A stretch of DNA of 59,360 nucleotides. Origin: Candidatus Woesearchaeota archaeon (lineage in GTDB: Archaea; Nanobdellota; Nanobdellia; UBA10117). Of the stretch, positions 18,964 through 28,479 are shown in pieces (position 1 is the stretch's first letter; every line of letters starts with the position of its first letter). The stretch covers positions 1-59,360 of the forward strand of contig CAYGXM010000005.1 of assembly GCA_964354105.1 (NCBI GenBank). Reading direction: 5' to 3'. A program made the position numbers and the translations under genes. Below the pieces are notes generated by a model, which saw only the letters and a list, made by a program, of their open reading frames with translations, had not been told where the DNA came from and searched no databases.

Positions 18964-19761
18964 ATGGAAACTAAAAAGATAAGTAAAAGCATAGAGTTGA
19001 AGAAGAAGAAAGTCACAGAACTAACTAATCTTCTCGATAAAAATAAGACTATCGGCCTCGTCAATTTAGCTAACCTGCCTGCCAAGCAATTGAAAGCTGT
19101 CAGGGCAAAATTAAAATCCAATGTAACATTCATATTCGCAAAGAAAACTCTCCTGAAAAGGGCATTTGAATCTTCAAAAAGGCCGTCCGTAAAACACATG
19201 GCGCAGCATCTTGACGGGATATATCCTGCAATTGTTGTTTCACAATTGGATGCTTTTGAGCTGTTCAGGCAATTAAAGAGCAGCAGGCAGATGGTAGCTG
19301 CAAAGCCTGGCCAGCTAGCTCCTGCTGACATTATGATTTCAGCAGGCCCAACCCCATTTACACCAGGCCCCGCAATATCTGAATTGGCTCAATTGGGTCT
19401 TAAAACTAAAGTAGAGAGCGGCAAGATAGTGATAAGAGAAGATTCTGTTGTTGTAAGGCAAGGCCAGCCAGTACCATCACTTGCAGCATCTATGCTGACA
19501 AGACTTGGAATAACACCCATGCAGATTGGAGTTACTTTAACTTATGTCTTGGAAAACGAGGATTTGTACAATGCGCCAATATTGGATGTAGATATTGGCA
19601 AATATACGGAAGACTTAAAAACTGCTTTCCTTAACGCTTTTAAGCTCGCAATCGAACTTGGACTTGCAACCAAAGAAACGATTGCATTACTGGTACAAAA
19701 AGCGTACCGCGGGGCAAAAGCCCTGGACGAGAAGGTCTCCAAAACTCAAGCTCGAACATAA
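18964..19761 (+). CDS. rpl10: 50S ribosomal protein L10 (P0), lacking the acidic tail
   Basis: AKPGQLAPADI...GPTPFTPGP...KVESGKI. Confidence 0.97.
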   Translation: METKKISKSIELKKKKVTELTNLLDKNKTIGLVNLANLPAKQLKAVRAKLKSNVTFIFAKKTLLKRAFESSKRPSVKHMAQHLDGIYPAIVVSQLDAFELFRQLKSSRQMVAAKPGQLAPADIMISAGPTPFTPGPAISELAQLGLKTKVESGKIVIREDSVVVRQGQPVPSLAASMLTRLGITPMQIGVTLTYVLENEDLYNAPILDVDIGKYTEDLKTAFLNAFKLAIELGLATKETIALLVQKAYRGAKALDEKVSKTQART

Positions 19762-19763
19762 CG

Positions 19764-19807
19764 AAAATGGCAGCGCTGAAATGCTGATGCATTTCACTGG
19801 TCATTTT
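19764..19807 (+). promoter_or_regulatory. intercistronic hairpin between rpl10 and rpl12
   Basis: TGAAATGC-TGAT-GCATTTCA inner stem, AAAATGGCAG/CTGGTCATTTT outer stem. Confidence 0.5.
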
Positions 19808-19829
19808 TGCAGTAAAGGAATAAGCAAAA

Positions 19830-20129
19830 ATGGAAAACATATACGCAGCAATGTTGCTGCACAAAGCGGGGAAAAAAATAGACGAAGCTTCTATGGAAGC
19901 AGTGCTCAAAGCCGCAGGCACCACAGCTGACAAGGCTCTAATCAGGGCAACTGTCACAGCTCTAAAAGATGTTGACATTGATAAAGTGATTAAAGAAGCT
20001 ATAGCCGTACCGGCAGCTCCTGTAGCTGCAGCGGCGCCAACAGCAGCTCCAGCCAAAAAGAAAGAAGCAGAAGAGGAAAAGAAGACTGAAGAAGAGGCTG
20101 CAGCAGGATTGGGCGCACTTTTCGGCTAA
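19830..20129 (+). CDS. rpl12: 50S ribosomal protein L12 (P1)
   Basis: [12 protein letters not shown]...[12 protein letters not shown]. Confidence 0.98.
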   Translation: MENIYAAMLLHKAGKKIDEASMEAVLKAAGTTADKALIRATVTALKDVDIDKVIKEAIAVPAAPVAAAAPTAAPAKKKEAEEEKKTEEEAAAGLGALFG

Positions 20130-20147
20130 TGTCACACCATTACATTC

Positions 20148-20972
20148 ATGGAATTGAGCGCAAACGCGGAGATAGAGAAACTTCGGCAACAAATAGCCCA
20201 GTTGGGGAAAGAGCTTGAATCGCTTAACAATTCCAAAGAGTCCTGGTACAAGGAAAAAACTTCTTTTGATTCTTTTCTTTCAAACACCATAGCAGAAGCA
20301 AATGAGCTGAAGGCAAAGAAAAAAATTACTGATGAAGAAATTAAAAACAAAAAAGTTCTAAGAACTACATTGAACAAAGAGTTGAAGGAGTTATCTATAA
20401 AAATAAAGAGCTTGCAAAAACCAGCTGCAAGCACTAAACTGAAAAAGAGATTATCCCCTGATGCTGCAAAAAAACAGATAGAAGCCATGCAGTATGCTAT
20501 TGAGACTGAAGGCCTGAGCTTTGAAAAAGAAAAGCAGTACATGGATAGGATAAACCAGCTGAAGGCTGAGCTTGCCCAGTCCCCATTGGAAGCTGCAGGC
20601 GCGCCAAAAGAGCTTCGGGAGACGCTAATTACAAAAAAATCCAGGGCTGATTTGATACATGTTGAGATTCAAAAGCTGGCAGAGGATTCTACGAAAGGCT
20701 TTGACCAGCTGACTGCAAAGGCCAAGGCAATAATTGAAGCTAAAAACAAAAGGCTGGAAATACAGGGAAAATTAAAGGATCTTAAGTTGCAAATTGAGGC
20801 CAAAAACCAGGATTTGGCTGAATCCCTAAACCAGTGGCTTTTGATAGCAAAGGACCTGCCGACACCGGTTTCAGCTGAGATGACTGAAGCGGATGTAATC
20901 AACAAGTTTAAGAATTCCAAGAAGCTTACTAAAGATGACATATTAAAGCTACAAAGATTGGCCACAAGGTAG
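20148..20972 (+). CDS. archaeal coiled-coil protein (COG1340-like)
   Basis: Long heptad pattern, IETEGLSFEKEKQ..., C-terminal KFKNSKKLTKDDIL. Confidence 0.75.
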   Translation: MELSANAEIEKLRQQIAQLGKELESLNNSKESWYKEKTSFDSFLSNTIAEANELKAKKKITDEEIKNKKVLRTTLNKELKELSIKIKSLQKPAASTKLKKRLSPDAAKKQIEAMQYAIETEGLSFEKEKQYMDRINQLKAELAQSPLEAAGAPKELRETLITKKSRADLIHVEIQKLAEDSTKGFDQLTAKAKAIIEAKNKRLEIQGKLKDLKLQIEAKNQDLAESLNQWLLIAKDLPTPVSAEMTEADVINKFKNSKKLTKDDILKLQRLATR

Positions 20973-20997
20973 CATTAAAATTGTAGCAAACAAGCAC

Positions 20998-23439
20998 ATG
21001 GATAAAAAAGAGTTAATGAGGCAATTTAGCAAAAAGTGGAAAGAATATTACGCTTTGCACGTTTTTGAAGAAAGAGGTTTTAATAGAAAAAAGTGCAGTT
21101 CTTGTGGCAAAAACTTCTGGACCCTTGATAGAAAAAGGAAGCGCTGTGGCGATGCAACTTGCGTTCCATATTCTTTTATAGGGAAAAAATTCGGCTGGAA
21201 GCACGATTATGTTGACACCTGGAGGGAATTTGCAAGATTTTTCCAGGAACACAACAGAACTGTGATTCCAAGATATCCGATAGTTGCCAGATGGCGTGAT
21301 GACACCTGGTTTGTCCAGGCTTCAATCTATGATTTCCAGCCGCACGTAGTTTCTGGAGAATCGCAGCCGCCAGCAAATCCTTTAATTGTTGCACAACCTT
21401 GCTTCAGGTTTAATGATGTTGAAAATATTGGTGTAACAAGCAGGCATAACAGCAATTTTGTAATGCTTGGCCAGCACAATTTTGTTTCAGGACATAGAGA
21501 AGACTGGAAAGATGAAGATATTGCTCTAGTTATTGACTGCTTGAAGCATTTCAAAATCAATGAAAAAGAAATTACTTTTGTCGAGTCTGCCTGGATGGGC
21601 GGCGGAAATGCAGGCCCTTGCTTCGAAGTTTTTGCGGGCGGGATGGAAGTTCTAACAACAGTTTTTATGCAATATGCATTGACTGAAAAAGGCTTGAAAG
21701 ATCTGCCTTTAAAAGTTGTAGACATTGGTTGGGGCTTGGAAAGGCTGGCTTGGCTCCTTAACGGCACTCCAACATCATATGAGATTACTTTTGATCCTGT
21801 TGACAAGAAATTTGCAAAGGCGATTGGATTCAAAATGGACACTGCATTCATGAAAAAATTCACCAAGTTGAATGCAAATTTGGATTTGACTGAACCTTAT
21901 GCTGATAAGGAATTGAAGATTGTTGCTCGAAAATTAAAGCTAAAGCCTGAAAAACTAATGGAAAAATTAGAACCGATAAGGGCTTTCTATTCGATTTTAG
22001 ACCACAGCAAGACTTTATTGTTTGCAATCGCTGATGGTGCTTTGCCTTCAAACACGGGCGGTGGCTATAACCTCAGGTTTTTGCTGAGAAGAGCATTGAG
22101 ATTGGGGGAAAAATTTGGCTGGAATATTGATTTAGGCTGGCTGGCAAGGGAGCATGCACAGGCCCTTTATGGAAAAGCCAGGCCCCGTTCCGTTTTAAGT
22201 GAAACTGGAGAAGAGCTTTCAGAGGCGCAGTTGATGCCTATGTATCCTGAATTAAGGCAGGCGCTTCCCGATGTAGAAAAAATCCTGAATTTTGAGATGA
22301 AAAAATACAGTGAAAGCAAGCAAAAGATTTCCCAGTTCCTGGAATCGTTTTTGAAGAAGAAAAAGAAAATTGATGAGCGTGAGTTGTTGCAATTATATGA
22401 GAGCCAGGGTGCTTTGCCTGAAGATGTTGCAGCTGCAGCAGAGAAATTTAATGTCAAGGTAAAGATTCCTGAAGATTTCTATTCAAAAGTCGCAAGCAGG
22501 CATGCTGTAATGAAAGCAAAAGCTTTGCCAAAAGAACTGCTGCAATTAAAATTGCCTGCAACAGACCAGCTTTTTTACATAAATGAAAAAATGCAGGAAT
22601 TCGATGCCAAAGTCCTCAAAATTATAGATAACAGGCTTGTTATTTTAGACAAGACTGCATTCTACCCCACATCGGGCGGGCAGATTTGTGATATTGGCTG
22701 GCTTGCAGATTCAGGTAAAGTAATAAATGTAGAGAAAATCGGAAATGTTATTGCGCACGAAGTTGAAAACATCAGATTCAGGGAGGGGCAATTCATACAC
22801 GGAAGGATTGATTTTGACAGAAGACTGCAATTGATGAGGCACCATACTGCAGTTCATATTGTAAACGGTGTATGTAAAAATCAGTTAGGAAGCCATATTT
22901 ATCAGGCAGGCTCTGAAAAAACTCCTGAAAAGGCAAGATTGGACATAACTCATTACCAAAACCTAACTCCTGAAGAGCTAAAGAGAGTAGAAGCTTTAGC
23001 AAACGAGATTGTTCTGGCAGGTTTGCCTGTAAATAAGAAAATACTTCCGAGAGCAGATGCTGAAAAGAAATATGGAATGAGAATTTATCAGGGCGGCGCT
23101 GTTCCAGGAGCAAGCATAAGAATTCTGGAAATTCCTGGCTGGGATGTAGAAGCCTGTGGTGGCACACATGTCTCAAATACGATAGAAATAGGCCCAATCA
23201 AGATTCTCAATAGCAGGAGAATTCAAGATGGCATTATCAGATTAGAACTAGTTGCAGGAAAGCGGGCTATAGAAGAATTCCAGAAATCAGAGCAGCAATT
23301 GCAGCAATCCTCACAAGTCTTTTCTGTGCAGAATGACCAGCTGCCAAAGACCTGCGATAGATTCTTCAGAGAATGGAAAGAGCAGAGAAAAGAAATTGAA
23401 AAGCTAAAGCAAGGCCAACAAAGGGAAAAGAAAGAATAA
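20998..23439 (+). CDS. alaS: alanyl-tRNA synthetase (editing domain present, C-Ala absent)
   Basis: QPCFRFNDV, DIGWGLERL, DHSKT, HHTAVH and CGGTH editing motifs. Confidence 0.98.
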   Translation: MDKKELMRQFSKKWKEYYALHVFEERGFNRKKCSSCGKNFWTLDRKRKRCGDATCVPYSFIGKKFGWKHDYVDTWREFARFFQEHNRTVIPRYPIVARWRDDTWFVQASIYDFQPHVVSGESQPPANPLIVAQPCFRFNDVENIGVTSRHNSNFVMLGQHNFVSGHREDWKDEDIALVIDCLKHFKINEKEITFVESAWMGGGNAGPCFEVFAGGMEVLTTVFMQYALTEKGLKDLPLKVVDIGWGLERLAWLLNGTPTSYEITFDPVDKKFAKAIGFKMDTAFMKKFTKLNANLDLTEPYADKELKIVARKLKLKPEKLMEKLEPIRAFYSILDHSKTLLFAIADGALPSNTGGGYNLRFLLRRALRLGEKFGWNIDLGWLAREHAQALYGKARPRSVLSETGEELSEAQLMPMYPELRQALPDVEKILNFEMKKYSESKQKISQFLESFLKKKKKIDERELLQLYESQGALPEDVAAAAEKFNVKVKIPEDFYSKVASRHAVMKAKALPKELLQLKLPATDQLFYINEKMQEFDAKVLKIIDNRLVILDKTAFYPTSGGQICDIGWLADSGKVINVEKIGNVIAHEVENIRFREGQFIHGRIDFDRRLQLMRHHTAVHIVNGVCKNQLGSHIYQAGSEKTPEKARLDITHYQNLTPEELKRVEALANEIVLAGLPVNKKILPRADAEKKYGMRIYQGGAVPGASIRILEIPGWDVEACGGTHVSNTIEIGPIKILNSRRIQDGIIRLELVAGKRAIEEFQKSEQQLQQSSQVFSVQNDQLPKTCDRFFREWKEQRKEIEKLKQGQQREKKE

Positions 23440-23491
23440 ACTAAACCGATATGTATAAATATCAAGCGTTCTTTATATTTGATGACACAAA

Positions 23492-24016
23492 ATGGTTGCG
23501 CCTCTATCCATTCAACTACTTAAAAATGAATTTTATCTTACGAATGAAGAAATTATTCTAATTGCAAATATAGTTCGTAACATTGAAGATGCGCGTCTAC
23601 TTGCAATGACAATAAGACGAAGCCCTAACGCGCAGGACTATGAAAGCTTCGCTAAAAAAATACAATATAACTTAACCGAAGCGTATGGATATTTTTCTTT
23701 CGTAGAAAAAATTGCAATTCGCCTCGAAAAGAAATTACTGAGCGTTAGAGGTGAGAAGAAACTGGCAGAAGAAGAGAAGTGGGCAATTGGGTTATGTAAG
23801 AATATTAAACGAGCATTAATTACCCAACAGAATTTTGCTCAAGAAATTGTATATCTTACGCTAAAGCCCTCAACCCCTAAAACTGTAAAACTTATTATTA
23901 AAAATGCAGGGCAATTGGAAAACCGTTTAAAAACTATAGAGACTTACATAATGGCACTAAAACAATTAGAAATCCGCTTAGAAAGACAAGAAGCAGAATT
24001 CGCCAAAAAAGCCTGA
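23492..24016 (+). CDS. hypothetical helical protein
   Basis: 174-aa ORF with own TATA-like box. Confidence 0.6.
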   Translation: MVAPLSIQLLKNEFYLTNEEIILIANIVRNIEDARLLAMTIRRSPNAQDYESFAKKIQYNLTEAYGYFSFVEKIAIRLEKKLLSVRGEKKLAEEEKWAIGLCKNIKRALITQQNFAQEIVYLTLKPSTPKTVKLIIKNAGQLENRLKTIETYIMALKQLEIRLERQEAEFAKKA

Positions 24017-24184
24017 GGGTTAATTCTAAGAGGAATCTATCAAGTTCTATAAAACCTAAACATCTAAGCCTTATGGCTAATTAACACTAAGAGATTCAAA
24101 TTAAGCTTATTTCTTCCTTTCTTCTTTCTGCATTTCTAACCTTAAGCATTAATCAAAAACAAACCTGTGCTATAAAAGATTTGC

Positions 24185-24895
24185 TTATCTCATCTTCTTT
24201 CTTTTGGCAGCTGGCTCTTCTTTCTTAGCAGTTGCCACTGGTGCTGCTACTGCCGGCGCTCCCGGTGTTCCTGGTGTTGCTGCTGCTGTCGGGGCTGCCT
24301 GGGCAATTGCCTCTGCGGCTGCCTTCTCTTCAGCTTCCAATTTAGCAAGCTCTTCCTTGATTGCTTTTCTTTCAACATCAAGCTGTGATTTTTCTTCTGC
24401 AGTTAATTCTGTTCTTTCTTCTTTGATTATTTTATCATAAATTCCTGCTTTGATTTCTTTTATCACAGCACGTGGATCTTTGCCTTCTACCTTTACTCCG
24501 AGAGATTTGCAAGTTCCGGCCAATTCAATGATTTTTTCTTTCATAGTTTTTCCGGTTAGAGCATCAGATTTGATTTTTGCAACTTTGATAAGATGTGGAA
24601 TTTTTAGAGCAGAAACTATTTTTGTTCCTGCTGCACCAGAACCTTTCTCTGCAGCAGCTTCCTTCAATAAAAGAGCAGATGAAGGTGGCAAGCCTACTGT
24701 AATTTCGAAAGATTTTGCATCTATGTCAACAACTACTTTTACAGGAACGTCCATTCCTGCCATTGCTTTAGTTTTTTCATTGATTTGCTGGACTACCTGG
24801 CCTACATTGATGCCCTTTCCGCCCAGTGCAGGGCCTAGTGGCGGGCCTGCAGATGCCTGTCCGCCTTTGACCATCAAATTTATTGTCTCTTTCAT
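24185..24895 (-). CDS. rpl11: 50S ribosomal protein L11 with long C-terminal extension
   Basis: GGQASAGPPLGPALG, PPSSALL, GTCKSLGV. Confidence 0.97.
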   Translation of the reverse strand: MKETINLMVKGGQASAGPPLGPALGGKGINVGQVVQQINEKTKAMAGMDVPVKVVVDIDAKSFEITVGLPPSSALLLKEAAAEKGSGAAGTKIVSALKIPHLIKVAKIKSDALTGKTMKEKIIELAGTCKSLGVKVEGKDPRAVIKEIKAGIYDKIIKEERTELTAEEKSQLDVERKAIKEELAKLEAEEKAAAEAIAQAAPTAAATPGTPGAPAVAAPVATAKKEEPAAKRKKMR

Positions 24896-25383
24896 TATCT
24901 TTCCTCTCTTTCCTGCTTTTCCTTTGCAGCTTCCTCAGCTGTTGATTCCGCTTTGGTTAAAACCTTTACTGAATCCAGGCTTATTGTTATAGGTATAGGG
25001 ACTGCAGCCTCCAGTAACTCTAATATAACTTGCGATTTCTGCAGGTCAATCCTGCTGATTTTTGCCTTTTCTCCTTTGAATGGGCCTGCAATTATCTGCA
25101 CAATGTCTCCTTTGTGAATATCAACCTGCTCTGGCTTGAACTCAATCATGTGTTCAATCTCTTCCATCTTAGTAGGGGTTCTAAGAACACCGCCTACGTA
25201 TGGAACGCCGGATGAAATCTCTTTGATTATATCTGGATTATCTGCTTCTATCAGAATATAGCCCGCCATTCCATGCGGAAAGAACAATGCAGATACGCCT
25301 TTGACTTTCTTTGCATTACTCGCCAGAAAGTCCAGGACTTGCGCTTCCCTGCCTACTGTTGTTCTTAATATATAGAGTGCCAT
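24895..25383 (-). CDS. spt5: transcription elongation factor Spt5
   Basis: NGN domain (RTTVGRE, GYILIEA) plus KOW (GDIVQIIAGPFKGEKAKI). Confidence 0.97.
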   Translation of the reverse strand: MALYILRTTVGREAQVLDFLASNAKKVKGVSALFFPHGMAGYILIEADNPDIIKEISSGVPYVGGVLRTPTKMEEIEHMIEFKPEQVDIHKGDIVQIIAGPFKGEKAKISRIDLQKSQVILELLEAAVPIPITISLDSVKVLTKAESTAEEAAKEKQEREER

Positions 25384-25384
25384 T

Positions 25385-25780
25385 TTAGATCATTTGTATC
25401 AATTGTACAATCATCGCGATTATGAAGCCCACCATTCCTATTACAATAATTCCAAGGCCTGACGCCTTTACAATTGCCTTGAATTCTTCTGAATCTGGCT
25501 TTTTAGTTACTTTCAAAACGCGGCCATACTCTGAGAATTTTTCCCTAAAATTTGGCATCTTTAATTTAGGCATATAGAACTTCTGTTTTCCCTCTAATAT
25601 TTGCTGTAATTTAGGATTAGCAAATTGTATTTTTGGCTTTTGTTCCTCAGCTTTTATTTCTGGCTGAGGTTGAGAATTCTGGCTAGTCTCATCTTTCCCA
25701 AGCGAAATATCTGATTTCGCTGGGCCGCGCTGAACTTCATTCAGCTTCGGTTTCTCCTTGCTACCTTCATTTAAATCCAT
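25385..25780 (-). CDS. secE: protein translocase SecE/Sec61-gamma with N-terminal extension
   Basis: EYGRVLKVTKKPDSEEF...GLGIIVIGMVGFII. Confidence 0.93.
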   Translation of the reverse strand: MDLNEGSKEKPKLNEVQRGPAKSDISLGKDETSQNSQPQPEIKAEEQKPKIQFANPKLQQILEGKQKFYMPKLKMPNFREKFSEYGRVLKVTKKPDSEEFKAIVKASGLGIIVIGMVGFIIAMIVQLIQMI

Positions 25781-25867
25781 AACAATAAACAGAGGAAATA
25801 TTAGGTTTAAAAGCTTTCTGATTTTGAAGGTAATCTTATATTGTTAATGTTCTAATTAAAAGCTAAT

Positions 25868-26521
25868 ATGCCCGATATACCCGCAAATGAGTTATTTAAT
25901 ATGCCTGATTTAGAAAAGAAATTAGGAGGTCTAGAGAGTAGAGGTAAATTTAATACCATAGTTAAATTAGCTAAGGAATATAACTTATCAGCTGAGTTAT
26001 TAAACAAAGAAGCAGAAATCTGTAACCTATGCGGCGAGCAGGCAATAAGAGTATTACATGTTTTATCGCTTTCAGACCCTAGAAACGAACATCCTTCTTA
26101 CACATATTTCAAAGAGCTACCAATAGCCACTACTTACGAGCTAAATATTAGTGCTGACCTCAAAAAAATAGACCTTATTATAAGGAACAGACTAGCTACC
26201 CGAATTGAAAGTCTAAATGGAAATGACCTCAAAAATGAATTAGAAACTACAAAAGCTCTTTTGGCGAGGGAAACTAACCGCACAGTTTATGAAAAAGACA
26301 GCGGTTATTCATCAGACATACATTACAAAGATAATAATGTATTTTCTAAGTATGAAATACGGCTCTGTAATAAGCATAATACTCCAAAACAATTAAAGAA
26401 AGTCGTTAGCAGCAGAATAGAACAGTTCGCTACCGCCTTCTTTGGCTATATTCCTAATACTGCTATTAAACAAACTACAACAAAAGGACCAACGGGCAGA
26501 AAATACGACGTTATAATGTAA
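25868..26521 (+). CDS. hypothetical protein inserted between ftsZ and secE
   Basis: 217-aa ORF on the opposite strand to its neighbours. Confidence 0.65.
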   Translation: MPDIPANELFNMPDLEKKLGGLESRGKFNTIVKLAKEYNLSAELLNKEAEICNLCGEQAIRVLHVLSLSDPRNEHPSYTYFKELPIATTYELNISADLKKIDLIIRNRLATRIESLNGNDLKNELETTKALLARETNRTVYEKDSGYSSDIHYKDNNVFSKYEIRLCNKHNTPKQLKKVVSSRIEQFATAFFGYIPNTAIKQTTTKGPTGRKYDVIM

Positions 26522-26529
26522 GCTTTTTC

Positions 26530-27630
26530 TTAGTCAATAAACTCAATTCCCAAGTTAGTTGAAAGCTCTAATTTTCTCTTGCTTCCCAGTGTTTGTCTTG
26601 GCCCGAATATCTGCGGGCTTCTTACACCTGTTATGACGAGCATTACTCTGATTGCATTCTGCAGTTCTGGGCTTATCTGAGCGCCCCAGATTACATTTGC
26701 CTTGTCATCCAATTTTGTTGAAACTGTTTCAACAACTTTCTTTGCTTCATCCAGAGTCATGTTTGGCCCGCCTGTAACATTAATCAATGCACCTGTTGCC
26801 CCCGTTATGTCAACATCAAGTAATGGATTCTTTATTGCCTTTTCAACAGCTTCCGGCGCCCTGTTTTCAGTGTCGGATTCGCCTACACCTATCATGGCAA
26901 TTCCGCCGCCTGTCATTACAGTGCGGATATCTGCAAAGTCCAGATTAATCAGGCCTGGCTTTGTAATCAATTCTGCAATTCCTTTTACAGCATTAGTTAA
27001 GATTTCATCTGCTACCTTGAAAGCAGTGTGCAATGGCAAATCTGGTGCTAATTCTATTAACTTATCATTAGGAATTACAATTAAAGTGTCTGTAAACTGC
27101 TCCAGTCTTTCAAGACCACCAGTTGCATTCTCGAATCGCTTGTTGCCTTCCATTGTAAACGGCAATGTAACGATTGCAACAGTAAGAATTCCGAGTTTTT
27201 TGGCAATTTCTGCTACAATAGGGGCAGCACCTGTTCCTGTTCCCCCACCTAAACCACAAGTAATGAAAACCATGTGAGCATCCCTTAATGCTTCCTTGAT
27301 GTCTGCTTCATTTTCCTTGGCTGCATCTTCCCCGACTTTAGGGTCCGAGCCGGCGCCTAAGCCGCCAGTCAGCTCTTTTCCAATTAGTATCTTTTTGTCA
27401 GCAATTGTTGCCAGTAGATCTTGGGCATCAGTATTTGCGGCAATTGTTTCGGCGCCTATAATTCCAATCTCCGCAATCCTATTGATGGTATTGTTGCCAG
27501 CTCCGCCTATTCCAATAACCTTGATTCTTGCCTTTTTTGCAGAAAGCAGTTGTTCTAGTTCCTGATCGATAGCTGCAGGTGGAATATCGCGCTTTATGGA
27601 ACTGGGTATATAGGCCATGTATCGCCTCAC
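26530..27630 (-). CDS. ftsZ: cell division protein FtsZ
   Basis: GIGGAGNN, GGGTGTG, NLDFAD; start may be the ATG at 27618. Confidence 0.98.
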   Translation of the reverse strand: MRRYMAYIPSSIKRDIPPAAIDQELEQLLSAKKARIKVIGIGGAGNNTINRIAEIGIIGAETIAANTDAQDLLATIADKKILIGKELTGGLGAGSDPKVGEDAAKENEADIKEALRDAHMVFITCGLGGGTGTGAAPIVAEIAKKLGILTVAIVTLPFTMEGNKRFENATGGLERLEQFTDTLIVIPNDKLIELAPDLPLHTAFKVADEILTNAVKGIAELITKPGLINLDFADIRTVMTGGGIAMIGVGESDTENRAPEAVEKAIKNPLLDVDITGATGALINVTGGPNMTLDEAKKVVETVSTKLDDKANVIWGAQISPELQNAIRVMLVITGVRSPQIFGPRQTLGSKRKLELSTNLGIEFID

Positions 27631-27759
27631 TAAGTTGTGATAACACCCTCTCAGATGTTTAAAAACATTTGTTCAGATGAGAATATACTATTTTACTTAA
27701 CGACGAGGGTTATCTCTTTGCGTTCATTATCTAAAAAATTGAGAACTGGCACTCTGGCC

Positions 27760-28443
27760 TTAAGAGCTTCCCTTAGTTTCAGGTGTTTTTTCTGTCTTTT
27801 CTTCTGCTTTCTCTTCTTTAGTTTTCTTTTCCTTGGAAATAAATTTGATTTCCTTGTCTTTTATTTCTGGAATTAGCTTCTTCAACTGGACTGCTTTGAT
27901 CTCTCCTGCCTTTTCTGGCAGTTTTTTGCTGATTTTGATGTCAATTTCTTTTTCTCCAACAGATATTTCTGGCTCCCAGTCTTTCAGCATTGCAGAAATC
28001 TTTTCTTTAACATCTGTTACTTCTTTTCTGATTTTAATCCAGAACTTCAGAGCTTTTCCTGCTAAAGGATGGTTGAAATCTATAGTTACTCTGCCGCTAC
28101 TTACAGAGCGGATTGTAGCAAGCACGCCATCGATGTTTACCTGCAGGCCTGGAGTCGGATAAACTCCTTTTTCCTTAAAAGTCTGCAAAGGAATTAGCTG
28201 CATCATTTTTGGATTTCGCAAACCAAAAGCATCTTCAGGCTTCAGCTCAATTTCATATTCCTGCCCAACAGATTTTCCTTCCATTGATTTATCAACAGCA
28301 GGCAATAGCATGCCAGAGCCTATGCAAGTTACAACAGGCCCTCTTTCCTTATCATCAACAGTTGAATCAAAAACTTGATTTGTAGCAATAACTCTGCCAG
28401 TGAAGTCCACTTCCACAAAGTCGCCTTTTTTTAGTGCAGTCAT
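27760..28443 (-). CDS. slyD: FKBP-type peptidyl-prolyl isomerase (SlyD-like)
   Basis: GDFVEVDFTGR, PEDAFGLR, IDFNHPLAGK. Confidence 0.93.
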   Translation of the reverse strand: MTALKKGDFVEVDFTGRVIATNQVFDSTVDDKERGPVVTCIGSGMLLPAVDKSMEGKSVGQEYEIELKPEDAFGLRNPKMMQLIPLQTFKEKGVYPTPGLQVNIDGVLATIRSVSSGRVTIDFNHPLAGKALKFWIKIRKEVTDVKEKISAMLKDWEPEISVGEKEIDIKISKKLPEKAGEIKAVQLKKLIPEIKDKEIKFISKEKKTKEEKAEEKTEKTPETKGSS

Positions 28444-28479
28444 GATAATGAAACCAAAATGAGAGGTTTTTAACTTTAT

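Noticed and set aside
24017-24184. Small ORF (e.g. eL41) downstream of rpl11
   Set aside because: Only 8-17 codon frames without an SD or recognisable motif
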